Shown in pieces: positions 36,896 through 46,981 of a stretch of DNA of 62,493 nucleotides. The stretch's first letter is position 1. The number at the start of each line of letters is the position of its first letter. The notes under the pieces are model-generated. The model worked only from the letters and a program-made list of their open reading frames with translations. It ran no database searches and was not told the origin of the DNA. Source of the DNA: a virus. Lineage: Duplodnaviria > Caudoviricetes. The translations under genes were made by a program, and so were the position numbers. The stretch is taken from the IMG/VR virus record IMGVR_UViG_3300042934_000841, positions 1 to 62,493 of that record. One strand, 5' to 3'.

Positions 36896-38926
36896 TTAAT
36901 CGCTCACGTGTACAAAAGCATCCAGCACATGCGGCGGACGGCGTTTGATCAGGTACGAATCGACATCGTCGATCACGTCAGGCTGACGCTCGTAGGCCAA
37001 CAGCCCACCAGCAGAACGCATCGCCATCAAGCGGCCGTGTTCTTCGAACATGCTCGGCACGTCAATCGCAGGCAGACAGTAGTCGTCTGGATCATCGGCA
37101 GGGCGCATCAGAGAGAGCACGATCACTTCCAAGTGACAGATGTTTACGTGCAACTTGGAGCTAACCAGCTCATGGAAAGCGACAAGCGCCTCCACAGGAT
37201 CTGTATAACTCTTCAGTTTACGCACGGTGGACACGCGCTGATCGTCCTTCTTGCTCGGGGAGCGAATGAAGTGTTCGATCTCGGACATGTAGTCCAGCAT
37301 GTTGGAGTGACGCATCGGCAGTGCAAACGCAATGTCGGCGAAGTTCCAGTCTTTCAGGTCGATCAGGAACCGACCGTCTTCCATGACTTCGTAGCCGTGC
37401 TGCTGGATGTAACGCAGCATGGGCTTGGACAGGGAACCCAGACGGGCACCTTGGCTGACGGAGACGTGGGACTGGTAGACCTCATCACGCAGGTTGGTGA
37501 CTTGGATCTGTACTTCACGGAAATTGGTCACCCGGTGTACCGAGAGGTGCTCAATCGCCGTGTGCATGGTGATCGCCGCCAGACCCGAGGCGTTGTCCAC
37601 TGGAGGACGTGGCTGAGAATCCAAGATCAGCAATGGTTTCATCTTCGCCAGGCGAGGCTGGAACTTGATCGCTGAGGAGTCGGCGTTATCGGCCTCTTGG
37701 TTGCTCATGTCCGGCAGCGCCACCATGATGTACGCTTGGTCGTGTTCGGAGATCAGGATCTCGTCAACGACGGAGCTGCCATCGTAGTGCTTGGTAGACA
37801 GTACCAGCTGCGAACCTTCGTGGCACATCTCGGTGGAGGAGACATGACCCAGGTTGGTGTTGTTCGGGATAGACCAGGCGTTCTCGCCAAAGCACACCCG
37901 ACACACAGCGCCTTCGCCGCGGTGGTTGCAGAACATCGCTGAGCGCATCTGGATGGTCGTGCCCACGATCTTCTCGCGGTCAGCCATCGTGACGATCTTC
38001 AGCTTGCCGTTGTCGCCCTTGTAGTACTTGCCTTCAAGGGACGCGAACATGCCACTGTCCACATGGATATCGGCGTAATATTCCGATTTACAGTCTTTCC
38101 ACAGCAGCGTGTGCACCACCACCGTTGACAGCTGCATTTTACGGTTGAAGTACTCAACGATCCGCAGTGGCTTCTTGGTGGAGATCAACGCTTTCTTCGC
38201 CGAGCACGATTCGATCATGATGTCGTGCATCGACGTCAGGCCTTCAAAGAAGCCCACGGTGATCGGCTTGCGGAAGATGATCTGGTCGATGTCGGTCAGG
38301 TAACCCCGGCACACGAGGATCTGAAGCATCTGCGTCAACTTGATCTGCTTGGACCGCAGGCCGCGCACGATTGGGTTACGCAGCAGCTGCGGGTCTTTCT
38401 TCTTCATCAGCACGAACGTGGCTTCGTCGTACGCCTGGGTGATGGACATCTGGTTGGGCTTGAGGTTTGCCCGGATGACCGCCATTTCAGGGTAGTTGAA
38501 CAGCTCCAGCAAATGGAACGCGTTCGTGGAGGAGTGGTACTCCTCCAGGTTGATGGACAGCACGTTGTACAGCTCGTTCTCCACCCGGCCCACGATCTTC
38601 CAGACTTCCTCACGGTCGTACGCGGTTTCCTGATGGTCGATCAGGTTCTCGTCGAAGTACGCGTAGTGCAGGTCACGGATGATGTTACTCATCGCCACCA
38701 GCGTCGCTTGTGCGGTAAAGAAGTCATTGCCGATGTGGTGGTGTTTGTACATCGGGGTCAGCGGGAATTGCCGGTGCAGCTCCCAACAGAACCAGCTCAC
38801 AATGGTGCGGCGGGTGTTGGTCACCAGAATCCCGTCGTCGAACTCCACCTCCAACTTCTCGTCAGGTAATGGCCAATTACCAATGACGTCCAGATTCATG
38901 AACTCGCGGGATGTAATTCTACGCAT
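36896..38926 (-). CDS. Non-virion RNAP beta' C-terminal subunit (gp74-like)
   Basis: RGYLTDID, EYFNRKMQL, RSAMFC...CRVCFG, QLVLSTKH. Confidence 0.9.
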   Translation of the reverse strand: MRRITSREFMNLDVIGNWPLPDEKLEVEFDDGILVTNTRRTIVSWFCWELHRQFPLTPMYKHHHIGNDFFTAQATLVAMSNIIRDLHYAYFDENLIDHQETAYDREEVWKIVGRVENELYNVLSINLEEYHSSTNAFHLLELFNYPEMAVIRANLKPNQMSITQAYDEATFVLMKKKDPQLLRNPIVRGLRSKQIKLTQMLQILVCRGYLTDIDQIIFRKPITVGFFEGLTSMHDIMIESCSAKKALISTKKPLRIVEYFNRKMQLSTVVVHTLLWKDCKSEYYADIHVDSGMFASLEGKYYKGDNGKLKIVTMADREKIVGTTIQMRSAMFCNHRGEGAVCRVCFGENAWSIPNNTNLGHVSSTEMCHEGSQLVLSTKHYDGSSVVDEILISEHDQAYIMVALPDMSNQEADNADSSAIKFQPRLAKMKPLLILDSQPRPPVDNASGLAAITMHTAIEHLSVHRVTNFREVQIQVTNLRDEVYQSHVSVSQGARLGSLSKPMLRYIQQHGYEVMEDGRFLIDLKDWNFADIAFALPMRHSNMLDYMSEIEHFIRSPSKKDDQRVSTVRKLKSYTDPVEALVAFHELVSSKLHVNICHLEVIVLSLMRPADDPDDYCLPAIDVPSMFEEHGRLMAMRSAGGLLAYERQPDVIDDVDSYLIKRRPPHVLDAFVHVSD

Positions 38927-38959
38927 GCTTACTCCTGAGCCGTCCTTGGCCCTTGTTGG

Positions 38960-41134
38960 TTAACGGTTGGTCAGCTCTTTACCCGAGCACTCGAAGATGT
39001 GGCGCATGTAGCTCAGTGGGCGGTGACCGCCACGGGGCACGATGTTGCGATCCAACACTTCGTCGACGTTCGTCGGTGTGTCATGGGTGAGCAGGGTGCG
39101 CAAGATGAACTTGTGCGCCAACGGGTTGTTACTGGCATCGGCTTGATCCGCTACTGCTTCGCCGCCACGGGTGGCTGCTTCCAGACGGACTTCGGACTCA
39201 CCCTTACGAACAGGGTTAGCACGGCCAGGACTGTCGTACTTGTTGTGGTTGGACAGACGCGCGGTGGTGCCGTACGCTTGCAGCGGTGCAGACGAAGCTG
39301 CCATCCAGCCGTCTTCGGCGGTCTTCTCCAGCGTGATGTAGTAAGACGAGGCGATCATCATCGCATCGCGGCTCACCTTCATCTTGCCGTCACGGCCCCG
39401 GAAGCGCACTGGAGTGATGAACGGCGGCCAGCGTTCCCAGATTTCCTGCAACATCGTTGGGATGTGCACAGGGTTGTCGGTTGGGAAGAACAGGTACAGC
39501 CCGTACATGTGGTCGTGCAGCACGTTGGCCACGTGGTTGTGCACATGGTCCGGGAACATCTCCAACAACTCAGGGTCGTTCATGTCCTCGTACTGGAACG
39601 GCGCCACGCACTTGTAGTACTCGAGCAGCTCGTTGTAGCACTCTTGCACCAAGTCCTTGTTACGGTTGTCCCACACGGCCGCTTGCACTTCGTCCCAGCT
39701 CAGCTGAGCGTTCATGTCAAAGCCAAAGCGCTTTTGCAGGCGCTTGCCCAAGTCACGACCGGACGCACTGATGGCCATTTCCACGGGAGACGCCGGGGTC
39801 ATCCGGTTCCAGCGGGAGTTCGGGTCCACTACGATGTCAGCGACCACGCCGTTCTCATCGACCGGCATATCTTCATCGTCAACCACTTCCACCACAACGG
39901 ACTTGTCGCCGCAGATGTCGGTGATCTTGTAGCCCTTGTTCGGAATGGAGTTGTACTTGAACGTAATCTCCACCCGCCATGCGTCCAGCGGCACACCACG
40001 GTATTGCTTGTTGACCTTGTTGGTCTCGTGGTCCATGAACTTGCCGAGCGACTTGTCTGGACGGATGTACTCGTTACCGACGCGAGCAATCGCTTCTACT
40101 ACCAGACGGCCGAATTCGGGTTCCAGTTCCAGCTTCACGTTCCGACGAGCACAGCTGACGCGCAGATCGTTCCAGCAATCCACGATCTTCTTGTAATACT
40201 CGGTGTCCGCGTCGTAGTACTTGAGCAGCTGTTCATCCATACCGACCGGCAGCGGCGGGATGTTGATGCTGGTGTTACGCTCAACGCGGATGTCGACCAC
40301 TTGCGCATCCGGGTGCTGGATGAAGCGCTTGCGGTCAAAGATGAAGTCCGGCATCAGCAGGGCTTCGGTGGTCATGTTGGACACGGCACTGATCGGGTCA
40401 TACTGCCGCATGGCCACCAGCAAGCAGTTGGTGTTGACCATGTCTCCCAGTTCCGGGAAGATCTGGTAGATCCCTTTCTCCGGGTCAATCTTCTGGGCAA
40501 TCGGGAAGTGCGTCTTGCCAAACTCAAAGACCCGCGTCTCAAAGCCCGTCGGCGCCAGACACTCCATGTAACCCCGGCGTGCTTTTACACCGTCTTCAGT
40601 CCCAGCCACGTCAGAGGACATCAACACGTTGGTCTCACGACCGTACATGTAGTTGCCTTCTTCGTCGAGTAGAGGGCTCTCGGCGATCTTGGTGCCTTTG
40701 GGGAACCGCGCCTTAGGCACGATACGGTTGAGGATGTCGTGGTTCTTACGGAACTCGGTCCCGAAGTGCTGGTGCGTCACGTTGTAATCCGTGATCATCA
40801 CCACCCCGATTTCCTTGGTGTTGAAGTTTTCGTAGATCACCGCCGTTTGCGGCGACTTGTTAATCCGGTTACGCCCAGTGGTGTGGGCAAACCGTGGGAT
40901 CACCTTGATGATTTCCACGTCATCGGTGAACTCGATTGAACAGGTGGCTTTACCGAACTCCCGCTCCATGCCCGACATCAGGCGCTTGCGCATGGGGTTC
41001 TTAATGACCACCATCTGACTCAGGTTACCCGTGAACATCGCAGCACGGGACGAGGAGATTCCCCGTGCCAGCGGGTTCAGGCCAAAGCTGGCCATCAACT
41101 CTGGGTGAATTTGGGGGTTAGCGTACTCTTGCAT
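38960..41134 (-). CDS. Non-virion RNAP beta C-terminal subunit (gp71-73-like, uninterrupted)
   Basis: SSSRAAMF, GTEDG, GYKITDICGDKSVV, RKGESEVR. Confidence 0.92.
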   Translation of the reverse strand: MQEYANPQIHPELMASFGLNPLARGISSSRAAMFTGNLSQMVVIKNPMRKRLMSGMEREFGKATCSIEFTDDVEIIKVIPRFAHTTGRNRINKSPQTAVIYENFNTKEIGVVMITDYNVTHQHFGTEFRKNHDILNRIVPKARFPKGTKIAESPLLDEEGNYMYGRETNVLMSSDVAGTEDGVKARRGYMECLAPTGFETRVFEFGKTHFPIAQKIDPEKGIYQIFPELGDMVNTNCLLVAMRQYDPISAVSNMTTEALLMPDFIFDRKRFIQHPDAQVVDIRVERNTSINIPPLPVGMDEQLLKYYDADTEYYKKIVDCWNDLRVSCARRNVKLELEPEFGRLVVEAIARVGNEYIRPDKSLGKFMDHETNKVNKQYRGVPLDAWRVEITFKYNSIPNKGYKITDICGDKSVVVEVVDDEDMPVDENGVVADIVVDPNSRWNRMTPASPVEMAISASGRDLGKRLQKRFGFDMNAQLSWDEVQAAVWDNRNKDLVQECYNELLEYYKCVAPFQYEDMNDPELLEMFPDHVHNHVANVLHDHMYGLYLFFPTDNPVHIPTMLQEIWERWPPFITPVRFRGRDGKMKVSRDAMMIASSYYITLEKTAEDGWMAASSAPLQAYGTTARLSNHNKYDSPGRANPVRKGESEVRLEAATRGGEAVADQADASNNPLAHKFILRTLLTHDTPTNVDEVLDRNIVPRGGHRPLSYMRHIFECSGKELTNR

Positions 41135-41181
41135 CTACTGCTCCCAGGGTGGTTAAAGACATAGCCTTCATTATCCAGTAG

Positions 41182-41189
41182 ATAATGTA
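41182..41189 (-). promoter_or_regulatory. Putative early promoter TACATTAT
   Basis: Recurrent motif about 50 nt upstream of the nvRNAP beta gene. Confidence 0.65.
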
Positions 41190-41221
41190 TGTCTAAGATT
41201 CGGTTAATGAGGTCACGTGCG

Positions 41222-41563
41222 ATGGGCGCCCTTCTAGATTTATTGTCGATCAACGCAGGGAACACGCTCTTCCACACGGAAGAGTACATGCGTTACATCG
41301 ACACGCATTACAACTTCCTAAAAGAAAATGGGTCTGTGGTCGTGGACATTGATCCAGGACTGGCCTTCAAGTTCGAGTACAACTTCTTCTCCTTGCTAGT
41401 GGAGTTGAAGTACAACTTCGAAGACTTCGTGGTATTCCTGGTCATGAACCAGATGCGCAACCCCATGGAGATGACTCGAGACTTCAAAAGCCTCGTGGTA
41501 CCCAACCCTGAGGTGTTGTCTAACCTCAAGACGTTGTACCGTCACCAAAATAAACGGGTCTGA
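41222..41563 (+). CDS. Small conserved protein, possibly baseplate-wedge (T4 gp53/LysM-like)
   Basis: Start MGALLD with GAGG RBS; FLVMNQMRNP...LVVP pattern; terminator downstream. Confidence 0.55.
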   Translation: MGALLDLLSINAGNTLFHTEEYMRYIDTHYNFLKENGSVVVDIDPGLAFKFEYNFFSLLVELKYNFEDFVVFLVMNQMRNPMEMTRDFKSLVVPNPEVLSNLKTLYRHQNKRV

Positions 41564-41569
41564 GCAAAC

Positions 41570-41603
41570 AGACAGCAGGGCTCGCGCCCTGCTGTCTATG
41601 CCG
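41570..41603. terminator. Bidirectional terminator
   Basis: AGACAGCAGGGC-TCGC-GCCCTGCTGTCT followed by ATGCCG. Confidence 0.8.
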
Positions 41604-42896
41604 TCAGTAGGACCGGCCGCGGCCAGAACTACGACCGCCACCACCGCCAAAGCGATCACGCCCGGAGTTGCGGCTCAAGCCACCCCCACGGTTGTCACGG
41701 CTATCACGGTTGCGCAGGATGCTGGTGCTGGACGTGCGACGTGCGTCACGGTCATCACCGCCGCGCAGGCGAGTCAGGTAGTCGCTTACGCCACTGCTCT
41801 TGACTTCCGGTTCACGCGAACGGGATGGGGTCTGACGCTGCTCTTGACGGTCATTGTCACGACTGTCAGCGAACTGGTCTTCGCCTTCCCACGGCATGTC
41901 GGCCGGTTCTTCTTTGACGCGGTCGGTCGGCGGAGCCAGGATCGGCTTCGGCGCTGCGGCCACTTTGCCCGGTTTGCTGTCTTTCTTGAGGGTGGACTTC
42001 AGGTCATCGACCTTGATCGCACCTTCGTTACCGGACTGCGGCGGTACCATGCTGCGGTACTTGGCGAACTCTTCCAGACCGGGTACCCACGAGAGGTCGG
42101 TGGTCAGTTGAGCAGTCGCTTCATCGCCCAGCAGCTTGGCATGAGTGGCCACCACTGCGTTCAGGTGAGCCGCAATACGGCTGTGGCTGGTCAGCAGGGC
42201 GTGCAGGTACGGGGCTTCCATGTTGCGGCTGCCGTAGCTGAAGCTTTCACGGGTTTCCGCATCGCCGAGGATGATCTCGAACAGCTGCTGAATACGCGCC
42301 TTGGCTTTCTTGGATGGCATCTTCATTTCGAAGACTTCCAAGTCATCCTTTTCCAGATCTTCAAGGATCGGGAAGTGCACGTTGGCCGAACGCAGGGTGC
42401 CGTCGTCCTTGGACTTGGAACCTTGACGCAGGCTGATGCTCAGGATGCGACGGTCCGGGTCAGGCGAGACACGACTCAGCAGCTTGATCAGCGCGTTGTA
42501 GGTCTTCTCATCGAAGTCGGTAACCTTCTGCAAGTACTTGGACGCTTTCGGGCCCAGCTTCTTGTGTTCGGTTGGACTGGCTGCGATGCGGCCCATTTCG
42601 CTGGCCAGGAACACCACGACAGACTGGTTGCGCCACTGGATGTAGTCACGCAGTGCCTTGATGATGTCCGACTCGCCGCGGGTGACGTTCTCCGACAGCG
42701 GGTGAAAGACGATCTGGTCGTCCTTCTTGCCCGCACGCAGCACGTCTTTGATCGGCAGTACCAGTCGCTTACCGCCCACAGTCACCGGTTGCGGTTTCTC
42801 TGGGTTGAAGGTACTGGACAGCAGGCCCGCGCCACTGAGGTCTTCGATCGACAGACCCTTGAGCAGTGGCTCGTAAAACAACTCAATGAGATCCAT
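41604..42896 (-). CDS. Conserved nucleus-cluster protein (gp70-like) with R/G/S-rich tail
   Basis: GKRLVLP and FHPLSEN motifs; located after picA. Confidence 0.75.
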   Translation of the reverse strand: MDLIELFYEPLLKGLSIEDLSGAGLLSSTFNPEKPQPVTVGGKRLVLPIKDVLRAGKKDDQIVFHPLSENVTRGESDIIKALRDYIQWRNQSVVVFLASEMGRIAASPTEHKKLGPKASKYLQKVTDFDEKTYNALIKLLSRVSPDPDRRILSISLRQGSKSKDDGTLRSANVHFPILEDLEKDDLEVFEMKMPSKKAKARIQQLFEIILGDAETRESFSYGSRNMEAPYLHALLTSHSRIAAHLNAVVATHAKLLGDEATAQLTTDLSWVPGLEEFAKYRSMVPPQSGNEGAIKVDDLKSTLKKDSKPGKVAAAPKPILAPPTDRVKEEPADMPWEGEDQFADSRDNDRQEQRQTPSRSREPEVKSSGVSDYLTRLRGGDDRDARRTSSTSILRNRDSRDNRGGGLSRNSGRDRFGGGGGRSSGRGRSY

Positions 42897-42920
42897 TGAT
42901 TTCTCCTTGTGAAACCGGCC

Positions 42921-44435
42921 TTAGTAAGACCGGCGTTTGCCGCTAGTGATAGGATTGGCCCGCAGGTCGGTGATAATACGGCTCTTGCCATCGTCACGAT
43001 CATTGTCGTAATTCAGGCCACTGCCGATGTTCTCAGCGATCTGGGAAATGGTACTGGCCATGTTGTCCATGTGCTCAGCCGACTCGGTCACGATCGGCGA
43101 CACCACGGAGTCACAGAACGTCGGGAAGACGTACTCTTCGTAGTTGTCGTTATCGAGCGAGATCTTGACATAGGTCTCCCCGGCAATGGAAGTTTCTACA
43201 GTCATGTCTACTGGGCAGTCCGGCCACGGCAGCATGTCCAACAGGATCTCGGTTTCCAGCCGCTGGCAGAAGATCGGAACGATCTCACGCAGGTCTGGGC
43301 CTTCAGCGATCGGGAACGCGTTGTCCGGCACAACGACCATTTCACCCATGCTGTCGCGATTGCTCGCGGTGAACGAGATCGATGCCAGCTGATGGTTGAT
43401 CAGGTACATCGGAAGCGCGTTCACCAGCATGGTCGTGGCCACGTCCACGTTTTCCATGCCGTCCCATGGACGATAGTCGCCACGCACGGATTTGCGCATG
43501 CCTTTCTCGTTGAAGTAAACCGGGATGCTGTCCCAGTCAAAATCAGGGTCCATCTGCATCAGTTCGCCAAAGGTGACGAACCCGTCCTGCAACAGTTGCG
43601 TGTCACGGGACATCTCTTCGAAGACAGGGTCCACGGTCACGGCGTCTTCACGCACTTGGCCACGGGCATCCTTGAAGATCTTGGTGGTGTCACGCTCGTG
43701 CTGATACTCATCGATCAGGCCGTCACCACGGTCGGCAGCGCCGATGGCGGTCAGGGAACGGGACATGAAGCGGGTTGAGCTGGTGTTCAGGCGGTTGGAG
43801 AACTTCATCGTTCCCATGGTGTAACCGCCGCGCAGGTCCATGCTGCCTTCTTGCCGAGCGCGTTGCTCGAACAGGCGGTTGGTCGTGTTGCGCGTGAACA
43901 GGTCTTCAGGTCGCATGGTCATCGTGCCTTGCGAGCCACGTGCCATGGTGAAGTCCGGGTTGCTTTGCTGGGAGATCACTTGGTTGGACCGCATGATCTG
44001 CGTCAACATGCGATTGCCCCGGCTGGTGTCTGTCTGCATACGCGACAGCTTGGTCACCGAGTTGAAGTACAGGCACATGCGCTCATCGATCAACACGCCC
44101 CGCAGCGAGTTGGTCGCACCCACACCGTCGGTGTAGCCGCTGATCTCGTGAATCACTTGCTGACGCGAGTGGCCACGAACCAGGCACGACATGGTGAACA
44201 TCATGCGTTGTTGCGAGAAGCCACCGGTAATGGCTGCCCGGCTCACTGAGTCCGCGATCGGACGAACGATACGACCCGCGACGCCTGCCAGAGCCGAAGC
44301 CGAGAAATCCCGGCCGTGGTCTGTGAACCGCTCAAGGTCGAGCAGGTTAGCAGGCGATGCGTTCCCGTTGTAGGAACGGATCACTTGATCGTCGTATTCC
44401 TTCATTTCCCGGAAAAGCATGGAGAGTACTTGCAT
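42921..44435 (-). CDS. picA: Phage nucleus protein importer PicA/Imp1 (gp69-like)
   Basis: 504 aa at the canonical position after the gp68-like gene; SGYTD, LYFNS, RPEDLF, PTFCDS..SP. Confidence 0.82.
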   Translation of the reverse strand: MQVLSMLFREMKEYDDQVIRSYNGNASPANLLDLERFTDHGRDFSASALAGVAGRIVRPIADSVSRAAITGGFSQQRMMFTMSCLVRGHSRQQVIHEISGYTDGVGATNSLRGVLIDERMCLYFNSVTKLSRMQTDTSRGNRMLTQIMRSNQVISQQSNPDFTMARGSQGTMTMRPEDLFTRNTTNRLFEQRARQEGSMDLRGGYTMGTMKFSNRLNTSSTRFMSRSLTAIGAADRGDGLIDEYQHERDTTKIFKDARGQVREDAVTVDPVFEEMSRDTQLLQDGFVTFGELMQMDPDFDWDSIPVYFNEKGMRKSVRGDYRPWDGMENVDVATTMLVNALPMYLINHQLASISFTASNRDSMGEMVVVPDNAFPIAEGPDLREIVPIFCQRLETEILLDMLPWPDCPVDMTVETSIAGETYVKISLDNDNYEEYVFPTFCDSVVSPIVTESAEHMDNMASTISQIAENIGSGLNYDNDRDDGKSRIITDLRANPITSGKRRSY

Positions 44436-44436
44436 G

Positions 44437-45984
44437 TCACTTAGCCTTATTGAGATTGTTCACGTGGATGATCATGGCGGCGAGCTGTTGCTTGATGTCA
44501 CCTGAGATGTACATGAAGCCCATCGCTTGCACCATGGGAAGCTTTTCAATGATGTTCCGGGGCGCCAGCGGCTTCCATTGCATCCCGGACATTTGTTCGA
44601 CCACATCGTCAATCGCTTTGACCGCTTCATTGCGACGCTTTGTGGGATCGAGCTTCTTGGTTTCCTGACGATAGTAGGGATATTGCTCGTTCAGGATAGC
44701 CAGTTGCTCTTTGGTGATCTTGTTGCGGGTCTCAGACGGCAGATAGACTTCCTCGCCGTCGTTGTGCAGCCGCTCAGCACTCACCAGCACCGCCAGCTCT
44801 GGGAAACCCCAGTGATCCAGCGTCGCCTGCACCAGCCCCATCAAGCGAAGGATCGCCTTCTTGGACAACAGATCACGCGCCTGTGGTGGAATAGTCCGCA
44901 CTACCCACACAATCAACGCTTTCTGAAACGGTGCCACGATACGCGCTTCATTACGAGAGCACGCCGAGATGCACTGTTGGACACGGCTCAGTTGCAGCTC
45001 AGGGCAGGTCCGCTCGATCAGCACTTCAAGGTTCTCGGTGTAGACCTCAATGGTCGACCGGTCACCGTCAGTGATCTCTTGCGTTTGGGTCATCATGTCC
45101 CAGACCGAGGAGTTGTCTTCCTCGTTCTCGCTCATGCGCATGCGCTTGGCCACGATGGGTCCGCTTGCCCCGGTGAAACGACTGTCCAACCGGCCATGGG
45201 TGCCCGTGACATAGTTGAACAGAATCCGTGCCAGGCTGTCTTTCTCAGACGTGACCGACAACGGACCTACTGCGATCTTGCGTACCAGCGCCAGCGCCAG
45301 CAAGTGATCCGGAATCTCTTCGCTCGAGAGTCCGCCCATCAAGGTCGACAGCGACGCGTCGCCATCCACCGATGCCGCCACGTATTCTTCCATACGCGTG
45401 TACGGCGGCCAAGTCTTCACCCCGGCTTCTTCCAGCAAGTCGACCGCTTCGGACTCCTTGTAGTAGTTGCCGTTGCGAGGCAGGATCAGGACGATGTACA
45501 TGCCCCAGATCGGGATCATGAACCGCAGGCCCAAGGCCAGCGCGACCAGTTCCTTGTATTCGTTCTTGATGTAGGTACGTTCGCGGTAGTTGCGACCACG
45601 CGGCCCATACTCCTGATACGTGTCACTCAGGTCGTCAGGCAATTGCAGGTCTGCACGGTATACGAACGTTTTCAAGTTCTCGTACGTGGCCAGCTTGTAA
45701 ATCTCAGCGACCAAGTGCGACAGGTTGGACGTTAAGGTTTCCGAGTTGATGTTGCTGTCTTGCAGGTTGTGCACGATCTCGACGTAAATGTCCCAGAGCT
45801 TGTCTTGCCTCTCGTCAGACCAGGTGGCGATGTACGCGTTGAGTTCATCGAACAGCGTGTCACGCGGCAAAATAGCAGCTGACGAATAATTACCTGCCGA
45901 GATAATCAAAGGCGTTTCGCCGTCGTGCTCGATACGGATGATGGAAATGCCGCGGTTGATGACCGCTTCGACTTCAATCCTCAT
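44437..45984 (-). CDS. Non-virion RNAP specificity subunit (gp68-like)
   Basis: Start MRIEVE with GGAG RBS; RTYIKNEY..L...ALGLRFMIPIWG; synteny. Confidence 0.8.
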   Translation of the reverse strand: MRIEVEAVINRGISIIRIEHDGETPLIISAGNYSSAAILPRDTLFDELNAYIATWSDERQDKLWDIYVEIVHNLQDSNINSETLTSNLSHLVAEIYKLATYENLKTFVYRADLQLPDDLSDTYQEYGPRGRNYRERTYIKNEYKELVALALGLRFMIPIWGMYIVLILPRNGNYYKESEAVDLLEEAGVKTWPPYTRMEEYVAASVDGDASLSTLMGGLSSEEIPDHLLALALVRKIAVGPLSVTSEKDSLARILFNYVTGTHGRLDSRFTGASGPIVAKRMRMSENEEDNSSVWDMMTQTQEITDGDRSTIEVYTENLEVLIERTCPELQLSRVQQCISACSRNEARIVAPFQKALIVWVVRTIPPQARDLLSKKAILRLMGLVQATLDHWGFPELAVLVSAERLHNDGEEVYLPSETRNKITKEQLAILNEQYPYYRQETKKLDPTKRRNEAVKAIDDVVEQMSGMQWKPLAPRNIIEKLPMVQAMGFMYISGDIKQQLAAMIIHVNNLNKAK

Positions 45985-46025
45985 GGGTTGGCTTACTCCG
46001 CAATGGATGGTATTGACTCGGATGA

Positions 46026-46033
46026 ATAATGTA
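46026..46033 (-). promoter_or_regulatory. Putative early promoter TACATTAT
   Basis: Recurrent motif about 40 nt upstream of the gp68-like gene. Confidence 0.65.
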
Positions 46034-46084
46034 GGTCTGTTTCTTTTTTCAGTTTGATCGGATGTGATCGAGAGGGTAGAGACG

Positions 46085-46111
46085 ACAGTGAGCCATCGGC
46101 TCACTGTCGCT
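46085..46111 (-). terminator. Terminator
   Basis: GACAGTGAGCC-ATC-GGCTCACTGTC downstream of chmC. Confidence 0.75.
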
Positions 46112-46129
46112 CTGAGAGGGTATTGGGCG

Positions 46130-46915
46130 TTACATTGGGACGTCGTCATCGAAGTTGAACGAGTCACCGCCAGACACCGAAGGAGCAGGTGCGCTGTTGT
46201 TGTTTCCTTGGTATCCGCCACCGCCACCGTTGTTACGGTTGCCGTAGTTGTTGTTGCCCCCACCGCCGTTGCCCTGGTAGCCACCGCCGTAACCACCACC
46301 GCCCTGACGCTGGCCGCCATTCTGGTTGTTGTTCTCGAAGCGGGTCATCCACGCCGGTTTGACGTAGTTGGCCGCACGCACGATGTTCATCAGGTGACGC
46401 AGTTCATCCACCCAGCCCAGCGCGTACAGTTTGGAAGCACGAGCCAGCGACATGCCTTCACCGTTCCCGTCACGGAAGTTGTGGTAGGTGTCGTCCAGGA
46501 AGTAGAACGGAATCAGAGGACGGCTCTTGCCAGCGCTGATGGTGATCGAGATCACACCCTTGTCATCCTTTTCGATCAGGATGCAGGACATGATGGAAGG
46601 GTTCGGATCACGCTTCTTATCAACGAAGCGGTGGCCCTTGTTGTCCATGAAGATCTTGTCAGGAGCCGGGTTTTCAGCGATCTCCTCGACAGCACGAAGC
46701 ACGGCGCTGAACGCACGACCCGACATGGCCGCTTCGATCTTGCCGTTGTTGCGGTCGTTCGGGACTTTGGTCTTGACCACGAGACGCGGGTTGTTCTCGT
46801 AGACAGCCGGACGCAGGGTGGGTTCCCCCTCCATGCCATCTTGCTTTTTGGCTTTCAGCCCGAGACTGGGATCGTCGAAGATCGTCTCGGCGCGTGGGGG
46901 CTTCTGGTCACTCAT
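46130..46915 (-). CDS. chmC: ChmC-like nucleus-associated RNA-binding protein (gp67-like)
   Basis: Directly upstream of the gp68-like gene; NNPRLVV domain plus a G/N/Y low-complexity tail. Confidence 0.72.
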   Translation of the reverse strand: MSDQKPPRAETIFDDPSLGLKAKKQDGMEGEPTLRPAVYENNPRLVVKTKVPNDRNNGKIEAAMSGRAFSAVLRAVEEIAENPAPDKIFMDNKGHRFVDKKRDPNPSIMSCILIEKDDKGVISITISAGKSRPLIPFYFLDDTYHNFRDGNGEGMSLARASKLYALGWVDELRHLMNIVRAANYVKPAWMTRFENNNQNGGQRQGGGGYGGGYQGNGGGGNNNYGNRNNGGGGGYQGNNNSAPAPSVSGGDSFNFDDDVPM

Positions 46916-46981
46916 TTTCTTTAATTCTCCGAGCGAGGGCAATAGTCAAAAGATAGGGACTATCTGTATTTTATTACGAGG

